Shown here: in pieces, positions 54,840 to 64,000 of the stretch
Numbering within the stretch: the first letter of the stretch is position 1
Layout: each line of letters opens with the position of its first letter
Origin: Trypanosoma brucei
Taxonomy: Eukaryota
DNA: 64,000 nt
Assembly: GCA_000002445.1 (NCBI GenBank)
Contig: CP000067.1
Location: 1,344,001-1,408,000, forward strand
Direction of reading: 5' to 3'
Notes under the pieces: generated by a model
The model's input: only the letters and a program-made list of their open reading frames with translations
Databases searched by the model: none
Told to the model about the DNA's origin: nothing
Made by a program: the position numbers and the translations under genes

Positions 54840-56042
54840 TCACACGGCAGGCACCACTAGTTGCACACGCTTGGTGTCGTTTAAAGAATACCTCACGCTT
54901 TGCCCAGAAATCCCACATATGTCGTCGCGATCGCAATCCTGCTCACTTTCCTCGTCCTCAGCGCCTGCCGAGTTCCACGACCCTCGCTGTGTTAACCCTG
55001 ATACCGTGTCACCAGTATGTCGGGTACTGCGGGCATAACCGTCATCGTCTCCATCGGAACCGGTGTCAAGAACAATACTCTTCTGCGCGAAGCTAACTCC
55101 ACGAGACATGGAGCGCGAGGACCGCCGTGACCGTTTTATCCCCAAAAGCGGCTCGTTGTTTCGCATTTCCATTAATTGATTTTCCGTTTCCTCCGCTTGA
55201 CTCGCAGCCTCCTCCCCGCGCCGTGACTCCACATCAAAAAGCGCTTCCGACTGAAGCATGCACAACCTTCGACGATTCTCCAAAGTGGCGAACCTCTCCC
55301 GCACGGCACATGTCTCCTTTTTCAGTCTCTCCTTTTCCTCCATAACTGCGTCGTAGCTTTGGTGCTGTCGCTGCAACTCCTCGAGGGAATGTTTAGCCTC
55401 TTCCACACGGCTGGCGAGATGAACGCACTGCACCTCCGCATTCTTAATCTGTGCCGTGTAGTCCACAATGGGTTCCACGTAATATTGTTGTTCTAGTACC
55501 ACCATTTGCATAAGCTCCACAGCGACCTTTTGTGTTTGTTCTTCCAGTTGCTCTCTCATTCTCTCGAGCTCGATAATTTGGGGGCGAAGCTCCTCCTCCT
55601 CCCTCTTCAGCGACTTTTCTTCCTCTTCAAGTGCAGCTAGTTCGGTCATTGGGGGAGGTAACGTGTTTCTCATCAAGTTTGCGGCATACCGAAAGTAATC
55701 ACTTGCCGAGGTTTCCGTTCCGGTCCCAGAGGTACGTGGGGAAGCGCTCACGTACCCATGCAGGTTTGGTGCCTGTGCTGCGGGGAATTGAGTAATGAAA
55801 GGTGCGGGATTCGTTGCGCGGGTGCTCGTTTCTAGAGAGCCAAGTCGAGGAGCAGTTGCAGCCATAACAAACTCTCCTTGTGCCGCAGCTGTTGGGGGCA
55901 TTGCGTGGCTGGTTGCACTCAAGTGCTGAGGGATGCGTAATGTCGGCACATCGGGCATTGCAAGCGGCAGACCCGTGTTATACGAAGGAGCCAAACCCTC
56001 AGGCTGCCTCTGGTACAGCGGTGGCGTTGATGCGCGCATCAA
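54840..56042 (-). CDS. Hypothetical coiled-coil protein (400 aa).
   Basis: Heptad-like charged segments (EEEKSLKREEEELRPQIIELERMREQLEEQTQK...) are flanked by S/T/P-rich regions. On the transcribed strand. Confidence 0.5.
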   Translation of the reverse strand: MMRASTPPLYQRQPEGLAPSYNTGLPLAMPDVPTLRIPQHLSATSHAMPPTAAAQGEFVMAATAPRLGSLETSTRATNPAPFITQFPAAQAPNLHGYVSASPRTSGTGTETSASDYFRYAANLMRNTLPPPMTELAALEEEEKSLKREEEELRPQIIELERMREQLEEQTQKVAVELMQMVVLEQQYYVEPIVDYTAQIKNAEVQCVHLASRVEEAKHSLEELQRQHQSYDAVMEEKERLKKETCAVRERFATLENRRRLCMLQSEALFDVESRRGEEAASQAEETENQLMEMRNNEPLLGIKRSRRSSRSMSRGVSFAQKSIVLDTGSDGDDDGYARSTRHTGDTVSGLTQRGSWNSAGAEDEESEQDCDRDDICGISGQSVRYSLNDTKRVQLVVPAV

Positions 56043-56821
56043 ACGAATTGCAGCACGGGGGAGCGAGAAAAAAAATCCGCGGAGGAAATACTGGAACAGT
56101 CCGTTAGGTGTATTAGGAATGAAACTGCTCTATTACTGTCCGTGTAAAGGCCTATCGCCCAACTCTAAATGTTTAGGGAGGAAGAAAATGCAAAGGTAGA
56201 ATAGTCGAGGTGCAAGAAAAAAAATAGAACGAAGAAATGTCGCTTTCGTGTGACAACATTGGCAGACGACTTTACCACTACTGCGACGCGACTAGACTAC
56301 AAACAAACGGTGCTGCAGCTCTTACGGGATTACCAAGCGGAAAATAGAAGCACGTACAAAAAATAAAGAATGGAGGCGCGTACCAATACGGGGTTTACTC
56401 TATGAAATATGGTAGTCTATGGGTAAAATTTATGGATGTAAGTGTATGATGCGTCGGCAACAACAACGGTAGTGCTCCACCCCAAGGACAAGCAAAAACA
56501 AGATACGAACGAAAGTCACCAAGAAAAGCGCACGCGTGCGGCAAAAAACAAAACGCGACACTCGTTGCTTCGGAGCACAACCTGTGATTTCTTAACCACA
56601 CAAGTACTTACTTGGTTCACAGCTATTTAATTCAAAAAATGTAGCGATAACGAAAGAAAAGATCTGAAGAAGATCAAACAAAAGAAATCCCGTCAACAAT
56701 GACCGCCTCGATGAGGGGCCTCAAGAGGAGCAGAGGGCAGAACAGGAGAGTTCGCAAACAAGTGCCAAGATAATGTAAAGGTGATAAAGTTGGGGCGTCC
56801 ACGCAGTCCCTCAGTACACTG

Positions 56822-59800
56822 TCATTTCCGGAACACGAACGTCGCCAGGAGACTTTTCTTGAGAACTTCCATTACCTCGCGAATGTTGTTGGCTTTTGTG
56901 CCGTTAACTTCCTCGAGGAACCACACGGGCTTTGACTGATACGTACGCATGAAGGGGTGCAAACGGCGTGGGTCTGAGAGCCTGTACATCGGTAAGGAAC
57001 CGATGGCCAGCGTTTTAACTGTCCAGTCGAACCGCAGGCCAATATCCCACGGAACATCCAAGCTTTGCCGTCGCACTACCAGTCGGTTCTCGTCAAACTT
57101 TTCGATCGCAACACTGCCGTTTGGAAAGATGAGAGCATTGGCAACCAAAGTTGCCTCCGACGGAGAGGAAACGGGTGTGACCGTGGGCAAACCGCTAACT
57201 CTACTCGTGGAAATGAGCGGCACGTCACCAACAGCTTGCGTGACAGCAGCTGCAGTCACATCACCTACCTTACAGACTGGTCTCTGGTTGCGGGCCATCA
57301 CCTGCTTTCTATATCTTTCTAACTTTTTCCTTGCTCTTTCATGTCGCTGCTGTTCAGATAAAGTGCATTCCTGGTTAGACGCAATCCGCGGAGGCCCGTC
57401 ACTGGCACGATTTCCTCCCAACCCCTCCTCTTCCACAACACATCCTTCTTCGTCGGAATTCTTGCGCCCAGCCCCACCCTCAGCCTTCATGCGCTCAGCC
57501 TCTTCCTCAGCCTTCATGCGCTCAGCCTCTTCTTCAGCCTTCATGCGCTTAACCTCTTCTTCAGCCTTCATGCGCTCAGCATCTTCTTCAGCCTTCATGC
57601 GCTCAGCCTCTTCCTCAGCCTTCATGCGCTCAGCCTCTTCCTCAGCCTTCATGCGCTTAACCTCTTCCTCAGCCTTCATGCGCTCAGCCTCTTCTTCAGC
57701 CTTCATGCGCTCAGCCTCTTCCTCAGCCTTCATGCGCTCAGCCTCTTCTTCAGCCTTCATGCGCTCAGCCTCTTCCTCAGCCTTCATGCGCTCAGCCTCT
57801 TCCTCAGCCTCCACGCGCTCAGCATCTTCTTCAGCCTTCATGCGCTCAGCCTCTTCTTCAGCCTTCATGCGCTCAGCCTCTTCTTCAGCCTTCATGCGCT
57901 CAGCATCTTCTTCAGCCTTCATGCGCTCAGCCTCTTCTTCAGCCTTCATGCGCTCAGCCTCTTCTTCAGCCTTCATGCGCTCAGCATCTTCTTCAGCCTT
58001 CATGCGCTCAGCATCTTCTTCAGCCTTCATGCGCTCAGCATCTTCTTCAGCCTTCATGCGCTCAGCCTCTTCCTTCTTTGTCCAAGCATCACTCTGAAGC
58101 TGGTTACGGGAAACCTTTTCTGCCATTCTGCGTGCACCTTTATTCGCTCGCTTCCGCAGAGTTTTTCGTGCTTCAGCAAGTTTTCGGGCTCTCTCAGCCT
58201 TCTTCCTGGCAGCTTCCTCCTCTGCTCTCTTCCTGGCAGCTTCCTCCTCAGCTTTCTTCCTGGCAGCTTCCTCCTCTGCTTTCTTTCTGGCAGCTTCCTC
58301 CTCTGCCTTCTTCCTGGCAGCTTCCTCCTCAGCCTTCTTCCTGGCAGCTTCCTCCTCTGCTTTCTTCCTGGCTGCTTCCTCCTCAGCCTTCTTCCTGGCA
58401 GCTTCCTCCTCTGCCTTCTTCCTGGCTGCTTCCTCCTCAGCCTTCTTCCTGGCAGCTTCCTCCTCAGCTCTCTTCCTGGCAGCTTCCTCCTCTGCTCTCT
58501 TCCTGGCTGCTTCCTCCTCTGCTTTCTTCCTGGCTGCTTCCTCCTCAGCCTTCTTCCTGGCAGCTTCCTCCTCTGCCTTCTTCCTGGCTGCTTCCTCCTC
58601 AGCCTTCTTCCTGGCAGCTTCCTCCTCAGCCTTCTTCCTGGCAGCTTCCTCCTCAGCTCTCTTCCTGGCAGCTTCCTCCTCAGCCTTCTTCCTGGCTGCT
58701 TCCTCCTCTGCTCTCTTCCTGGCTGCTTCCTCCTCAGCCTTCTTCCTGGCTGCTTCCTCCTCTGCTTTCTTCCTGGCAGCTTCCTCCTCAGCTTTCTTCC
58801 TGGCAGCTTCTTCGGCCTTCATGCGTGCCTTTCGTGCTTGAGCGCGTTTTCGCATCTTTTCAGCCTTCTTCCTGGCTGCTTCCTCCTCTGCTTTCTTCCT
58901 GGCAGCTTCCTCCTCTGCCTTCTTCCTGGCTGCTTCCTCCTCAGCTTTCTTCCTGGCAGCTTCCTCCTCTGCTCTCTTCCTGGCAACTTCCTCCTCTGCT
59001 TTCTTCCTGGCAGCTTCCTCCTCAGCCTTCTTCCTGGCTGCTTCCTCCTCAGCCTTCTTCCTGGCAGCTTCCTCCTCTGCTCTCTTCCTGGCAGCTTCCT
59101 CCTCTGCTCTCTTCCTGGCAGCTTCCTCCTCTGCCTTCTTCCTGGCAGCTTCCTCCTCTGCTCTCTTCCTGGCTGCTTCCTCCTCTGCTTTCTTCCTGGC
59201 AGCTTCTTCGGCCTTCATGCGTGCGTTTCGTGCTTGAGCGCGTTTTCGCATTTTTTCAGCTTTCTTCCTGGCAGCTTCCTCCTCTGCTTTCTTCCTGGCT
59301 GCTTCCTCCTCAGCTTTCTTCCTGGCAGCTTCCTCCTCTGCTTTCTTCCTGGCAGCTTCCTCCTCTGCTTTCTTCCTGGCAGCTTCCTCCTCAGCTTTCT
59401 TCCTGGCAGCTTCCTCCTCAGCTTTCTTCCTGGCTGCTTCCTCCTCAGCTTTCTTCCTGGCAGCTTCCTCCTCTGCTCTCTTCCTGGCTGCTTCCTCCTC
59501 AGCTTTCTTCCTGGCAGCTTCCTCCTCAGCTTTCTTCCTGGCTGCTTCCTCCTCAGCTTTCTTCCTGGCAGCTTCCTCCTCTGCTCTCTTCCTGGCAGCT
59601 TCCTCCTCTGCTTTCTTCCTGGCAGCTTCCTCCTCTGCTTTCTTCCTAGCTGCTTCTTCTGCTTTCTTCGCCGTGGTATCTTTCTCTCTCATTCGACTTC
59701 TCGCAGATAATTTCTTAGCGCGTTTCCTTTCCCCATCTGTTTTCGAGCGCTTTTGCCGAGTTTCCAACCTTTCCATCGAAGCCTTCTTCGTTGCTGTGTT

Positions 59801-61111
59801 AAACGCAGTTTCGTCTGTCACTATGTTCATGTTGTTTTTCTGAAATGTTTTTACATCGACAAATGCGGAGAGAATGGGTCTGCTCACGGAGCTGTTGACG
59901 CGCTTCTGTTTTAGCGCATCACCGTTGTTCCGAGCTCTTTCAACTTCACCGGGGGTTTGACACACAAAATCCTTGCTATATACGGGCCCATCCCCATAAT
60001 TTAATCCCTGTGAATGCATTTCGGGGACGTTTCGGGGAAGCACGCTGGAGATGGCGAGATGTGCGGGGGTCGTCACGCTTTGTTTGGTGTGATTGATGCC
60101 GTTTTTCGTGGAAGTCAACTCCACCACTGACGGAGGGAAAGTTGTGTCGCCTTTGGGCTGCCTGGATTCAAATCCTCGTGGGGCGGCATGCGCTTGATGC
60201 CTTGACCCGTTCAAATCGTAGTGGGTCTCAACCTGTGTTCCCTTCGGCCCTTCGACACAATGAGTTGCGCCGATATTTCCCGTAGCCATTGAGAGCGCTG
60301 TACCACCCCTCCAAAGCCGCTGCCGCTCCTCCAGCGCGCTTACAGTCATCTGGACCGCAGTGGTTTGTACGGGAGCAGCCGTCATAGTGGCTGTTTCTGA
60401 AATTCTGGTGTCCACATCAGGTTTTGGAAGTTGGCACTGCGTCCCCTGGTGTTGTTTCATGCTCTTGAATGCCCCCACATCTCCCTGCGCGGTCGGCTCC
60501 GTTTTTTTCTTTGCTTCTGCAACCAACTTGCTGGCATCATCAGAAACCTCTGTTGTGGGCTTACAGTGCATCCCTAGTTGCTGATGTCCCGTTGTCTTGG
60601 TGCCAACTGTCCCCCTTTCCTTATCAGTTACAGACCGTGACTTGGGGTCAATGCCATCGCTAAACTTCGCCACTCCGGGGCGATGTGCCTCGTCAAGCGA
60701 CTTCGGCGGCATCAATGCGGTTTCGAGTTTGAAAGCAGTTGAATTAACAGTCGGAGCAACTCCCGTCGACTGCACTTCTGGTGTGGCAGCGGTTGGGGGG
60801 TTGACGCCGAAGGGCGTGTTCTGATGCTCATACGTGGCCTTACGCCCCTCATGTTGGTGCTGCGCTACTGTCGGTGATAGCGAAGACTTTGGAGTCACAA
60901 GTTTCTGTGCGTGAGCAGCCGTATGGTGGTGGTGACGGCGATGGCGGCGAGCAGCCATAAATTCTTGATTCAGGGATGGGATGAAAAGTGAATGGGAAAA
61001 GAGGGATTTCAACTTCAGAAAGTGAGAAGACGCCAAGGAAAGAAGAGGCCTCAAACCAGAGAGGTTAACAAGCGTCTCTAGGCAATGCCCCAACACACAA
61101 CCGCTGGACAC
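56822..61111 (-). CDS. Giant repeat-containing protein (about 1429 aa) that includes two arrays of 9-aa repeats (AEEEAERMK type and AEEEAARKK type). It has an H-rich N-terminus and a non-repetitive C-terminal domain.
   Basis: Single long ORF. An alternative start is Met 60956-60958 (MAARRHRRHHHH), because the upstream codons translate UTR-like sequence. The repeats are read directly from the sequence. The non-repetitive C-terminal region of about 250 aa suggests a functional globular domain. Confidence 0.75.
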   Translation of the reverse strand: MSSGCVLGHCLETLVNLSGLRPLLSLASSHFLKLKSLFSHSLFIPSLNQEFMAARRHRRHHHHTAAHAQKLVTPKSSLSPTVAQHQHEGRKATYEHQNTPFGVNPPTAATPEVQSTGVAPTVNSTAFKLETALMPPKSLDEAHRPGVAKFSDGIDPKSRSVTDKERGTVGTKTTGHQQLGMHCKPTTEVSDDASKLVAEAKKKTEPTAQGDVGAFKSMKQHQGTQCQLPKPDVDTRISETATMTAAPVQTTAVQMTVSALEERQRLWRGGTALSMATGNIGATHCVEGPKGTQVETHYDLNGSRHQAHAAPRGFESRQPKGDTTFPPSVVELTSTKNGINHTKQSVTTPAHLAISSVLPRNVPEMHSQGLNYGDGPVYSKDFVCQTPGEVERARNNGDALKQKRVNSSVSRPILSAFVDVKTFQKNNMNIVTDETAFNTATKKASMERLETRQKRSKTDGERKRAKKLSARSRMREKDTTAKKAEEAARKKAEEEAARKKAEEEAARKRAEEEAARKKAEEEAARKKAEEEAARKKAEEEAARKRAEEEAARKKAEEEAARKKAEEEAARKKAEEEAARKKAEEEAARKKAEEEAARKKAEEEAARKKAEEEAARKKAEKMRKRAQARNARMKAEEAARKKAEEEAARKRAEEEAARKKAEEEAARKRAEEEAARKRAEEEAARKKAEEEAARKKAEEEAARKKAEEEVARKRAEEEAARKKAEEEAARKKAEEEAARKKAEEEAARKKAEKMRKRAQARKARMKAEEAARKKAEEEAARKKAEEEAARKKAEEEAARKRAEEEAARKKAEEEAARKRAEEEAARKKAEEEAARKKAEEEAARKKAEEEAARKKAEEEAARKKAEEEAARKRAEEEAARKRAEEEAARKKAEEEAARKKAEEEAARKKAEEEAARKKAEEEAARKKAEEEAARKKAEEEAARKKAEEEAARKKAEEEAARKRAEEEAARKKAERARKLAEARKTLRKRANKGARRMAEKVSRNQLQSDAWTKKEEAERMKAEEDAERMKAEEDAERMKAEEDAERMKAEEEAERMKAEEEAERMKAEEDAERMKAEEEAERMKAEEEAERMKAEEDAERVEAEEEAERMKAEEEAERMKAEEEAERMKAEEEAERMKAEEEAERMKAEEEVKRMKAEEEAERMKAEEEAERMKAEEDAERMKAEEEVKRMKAEEEAERMKAEEEAERMKAEGGAGRKNSDEEGCVVEEEGLGGNRASDGPPRIASNQECTLSEQQRHERARKKLERYRKQVMARNQRPVCKVGDVTAAAVTQAVGDVPLISTSRVSGLPTVTPVSSPSEATLVANALIFPNGSVAIEKFDENRLVVRRQSLDVPWDIGLRFDWTVKTLAIGSLPMYRLSDPRRLHPFMRTYQSKPVWFLEEVNGTKANNIREVMEVLKKSLLATFVFRK
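57478..58075 (-). repeat. Tandem array A: about 22 copies of a 27-bp unit (plus strand ccttcatgcgctcagcctcttcctcag) encoding AEEEAERMK/AEEDAERMK.
   Basis: Direct sequence reading. Copies differ only at D/E and V/M wobble positions. Confidence 0.9.
58196..59668 (-). repeat. Tandem array B: about 52 copies of a 27-bp unit (plus strand cttcctggcagcttcctcctctgctct) encoding AEEEAARKK/AEEEAARKR. It is interrupted twice by an identical linker of about 55 bp (KAEKMRKRAQARNARMK), giving a higher-order periodicity of about 400 bp.
   Basis: Direct sequence reading. The linker occurs at about 58806-58862 and again at about 59206-59262. Confidence 0.9.
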
Positions 61112-61977
61112 CAGTGAATAAGGCGTTCAAAATAGACTTTAACAAACAGTTTAAACTGAAACTCATACATGCATACATTACATGCCAACTCTTGCAGCAA
61201 CCGAACGAACGGAATGACCTCTTGTATTCGGTGGCAGGCGAGTAACGTAGCATTTGGTAAAAGTTCGCTACAACAAACAAATTCACTGTGTGACTGCCCC
61301 TTCTTGTTTCTTTTCAACGTTGCGCATCGGCCTTCTTGACAAATACGTTGCTCACGGGCACACTCCTTCACATATAAGAGTTGAAGGAGAATATATGAAA
61401 GGGTACTGGACAGGAAATGGACACTGACAGGCATCACTTTTTGTGTAGTTTACCGGTGTAATAATTTCCATAGAGAAACCCACAACCCACGTTGCCCAAG
61501 TCTGTGCGGCGGGAAGAAATGCAGGGGGAAAGGAAGTAATAGCATACCTGCGTAAGCTATGCGTCAACGGTGCTTACTGACGTCGATCCCTTTGGCACGC
61601 GGCGGCGGCAGCTTCAACTTCAGATCCAAAAAATATGTTTGACAAAGGACGGTTTGAGTCACTTCCCTGTTGTTATAACATGTCACAGTTCAATAACCAG
61701 CAAAAGATGTTGACTTTTTTTTTGTTGTCCCCAGTAGCCTCAGCCGATACTTTAACCTTCAAACCCGGAAGATTGGTTCACCCCGCACGCTTCAGCACCC
61801 TCGCTTATTTCATTCCCACACAGCACAACCTCCCGTTCCGCAGCTGAGCAGTGCTGAAACACAAAGAAAACAAAAGGAAATGCACATTGTACTGATTGGT
61901 CGACGAAACGCACCAAAAACAAAAAACGGATCGGCAGGGAGTTAATAACTCTTGGAAGCGCTGTTTTGAAAAAAAAA

Positions 61978-62796
61978 TCAAAAACAATTGCATGTCGCTT
62001 TCTTCACCTTAGTTTCCTTCACAGGACGACAAATGCCCACTATCTTTGCCCTCAACTCCGCGGTCGAAACCTCGACAAACTCAATGTTGCTCTCGCGGAG
62101 AAAGTCGGCGACTGCCTTCTTCAACTTTGCACCCTCAGGTCCCGAGTGCCGACCGGCACCGGTAATAATTTGCATTTCAGCCACCTCACCCACGGAGGCC
62201 TCCCGCAGGCGTTCAACACGCGACTTCAACATATTAACTGCCTCTTCTACTCGCAGGCCATGCATGTCAAAGTAGTCCTTCCCTTTACCCTTGTTTTCGT
62301 TGTTGTGCCTTGCAATGGCATTGGCAGCCTCCTGGTTCTTCAAACGCATTTGCTCGCCCGCCTTCTTTGCCTCTTCCAGCGTTAAGCTGACCTCATGCTT
62401 CTTTCCTTCACCGCGTAACCGAGTAACCTCATCAAGTAATTCTGCACGCTTGGTTGCCCACGCTGCTGCATCCTTACGCAGTCGACTCCCCTCAGGTCCC
62501 TCATAATCGGGGTTAATGGCTGCGTTTATGATGTCACGCACACGACTCGTAGCGTCACTCAACTTCTCCTTGTTGTCAGCGGTAATGCAAACCCTGCAGC
62601 CATCGCTTATGGTAATTGTTGCTCCCGTTTCACACTGCAGACTCTTAATGGTGGACCCGCCCTCGCCAATGACGTGACCAATAAACTCCGGTGGCGCTTC
62701 TATCACCTCCTGCAGTGGATTCATTTCCCCATTTGCTCCTCCCTCGCCGCCTTCCCGGCACCCCGTGACATGCATAGTTGTAAAAAACGGTTCCAA
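61978..62796 (-). CDS. KH-domain plus Smr-domain protein (RNA-binding, nuclease-like Smr).
   Basis: KH motif IGHVIGEGGSTIKSLQCETGATITI. The Smr domain reads DMHGLRVEEAVNMLKSRVERL...MQIITGAGRHSGPEGAKLKKAVADFLRE. Confidence 0.65.
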   Translation of the reverse strand: MEPFFTTMHVTGCREGGEGGANGEMNPLQEVIEAPPEFIGHVIGEGGSTIKSLQCETGATITISDGCRVCITADNKEKLSDATSRVRDIINAAINPDYEGPEGSRLRKDAAAWATKRAELLDEVTRLRGEGKKHEVSLTLEEAKKAGEQMRLKNQEAANAIARHNNENKGKGKDYFDMHGLRVEEAVNMLKSRVERLREASVGEVAEMQIITGAGRHSGPEGAKLKKAVADFLRESNIEFVEVSTAELRAKIVGICRPVKETKVKKATCNCF

Positions 62797-64000
62797 TATG
62801 ATTGTTTATCCCTTCACTAAACCTACGTTTAAGGGTAGATGCATTACACCGTGGCAGAAGGTGGCAAAGAACGGAAGGTCATTCACCAACAGGCCAAAAC
62901 AACTTTCGACTCACCGCCGTTGGATACAACGAAATATGACCCCCGTGCACACCCCCAATTATTTTTTCCGACGAGGAAAAGGTTCCGTGGTGAGGTGTCC
63001 CCTGTTCCCAAGTGGTTAACGATATCAGTATCGCCTCACCATTATTGCAACCAATTGGCAACGAGAAAGTTTCTTCCCGGCGCACTACACAGCAAAATTA
63101 AGCAGCCGCGCTTCCCCAATCGAATCCCAATAAACAAATATGTCACGTACTCATTCAGGCTGGTCTTTAGCCAGATGCCGGTGGATAACCAATGTTTCCA
63201 CAGCTTAGTGTGCTGTTTCTGTCACCGCAACATTCCATAATTATTTATATTTGAAAATTTAAAATGAAACAGCAGATCGGCTTACAGTCGCATCTGCAAT
63301 CGATTGAAATTCAACTAAAAGATCACACCACAAGTTACCAACGACGTACAGTTGTGAAAGGGAGATGAGACAAAAAAAAAAGGACACATTCCATCGGCGA
63401 GGGGGAAGCGAGTTGCGGCATGCACGAAAAGCTCGAACCTTCGCCTCAGCCAAGAGGTTGTCAACATGATCATACGCACATACTCACGCACATGCACAAT
63501 TCCATAACTTCGTATAAAATCTCAGTAAGCAAACGCAACCGTCAACGGTAATAGCTGCGGCTCCTATAGGCATGGAGGAAAAACAAGCGCTGCGTGCCTT
63601 CCGAAGATGAAACCGACAGCCTTGCATTCAAGTGGTTACGAGCGACCCGCGTTCAAGTATGAAAAGATTCAGGGTAAAACAAAAGAAAGAAAAGGGAAAA
63701 TCCAAAGAGTTGGCGAAGTAAAGCACACAGACCCAAGGCGATCTGTCACGGGTAAAATGATGGTGACTCATTTGAATGTGGAAATTGGTCAACTGTGCAC
63801 ACCCACAGGTATCAATAGCCCTCAAAGAACCCGTGCAGTAGCGTTGCACGGCAAAGTAGGAGGAGAAAAGCAAAATAAAAAAGGTGAAAGTACGTGTGAG
63901 AATAAAAACAGAACCCAAAGGAACGCTGACGGTGGAAGTACGGAAAGAAGAAACTGCGCATGCCGTCGTACAGTTATAGTACACAGGCGCGCACAGACAG

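Noticed and set aside
57478-59668. Regularly spaced short direct repeats that could superficially look CRISPR-like
   Set aside because: The units are contiguous with no unique spacers. They sit in-frame inside a eukaryotic CDS and encode a 9-aa peptide repeat. There is no cas context, and this is a kinetoplastid nuclear locus.
56949-59710. Long plus-strand ORFs (382 aa, 523 aa, 290 aa) with SSAFMRSAS and SSWQLPPLL repeats
   Set aside because: They are antisense and alternate-frame read-throughs of the 27-bp tandem repeats inside the minus-strand 1429-aa CDS. Periodic repeats stay open in several frames. All surrounding genes are minus-strand.
63628-63984. 118-aa minus-strand ORF at the window edge
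   Set aside because: It is hydrophobic with low complexity, lies upstream of the KH-Smr gene in UTR-like sequence, and is truncated by the window end. There is no support for it.

Overview
This 64 kb window looks like kinetoplastid nuclear DNA, most probably Trypanosoma brucei. I base that on three things seen in the sequence: intron-less, densely packed long ORFs all on one strand; purine/pyrimidine-tract and microsatellite-rich intergenic DNA; and a 1765-aa RNA polymerase II largest subunit whose C-terminal domain has no YSPTSPS heptads, flanked by calreticulin and a PP1 phosphatase. From memory, that neighbourhood matches the duplicated chr4/chr8 RPB1 locus of T. brucei, but I cannot verify this here. 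Every convincing gene (about 22) is on the minus strand, so the window reads as one continuous minus-strand polycistronic unit with no strand switch. Nothing prokaryotic (CRISPR, operons, defence islands), no tRNA/rRNA and no recognisable transposon ORF is supportable from the sequence. Recognisable products, from low to high coordinates: an enoyl-CoA hydratase/isomerase with a Q/H-rich repeat, a CDF zinc transporter, an alpha-kinase, an adrenodoxin-type ferredoxin, a cytochrome bc1 hinge protein, a double TerD-domain protein ending in a CaaX box, calreticulin, RPB1, a PP1 catalytic subunit, a tandem pair of dihydrolipoamide-dehydrogenase-like pseudoenzymes (the second disrupted by an in-frame TGA), a CRAL-TRIO/SEC14 protein, a BAP31-like protein, ERGIC3/Erv46, a 1429-aa protein made largely of two 27-bp tandem-repeat arrays, and a KH+Smr protein. 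The most interesting signals are the DLD-like pseudoenzyme pair with a localized gene-conversion tract, the prenylatable TerD protein, and the giant repeat protein. No novel multi-gene system of the kind the prompt anticipates is evident; this is a conserved housekeeping region.
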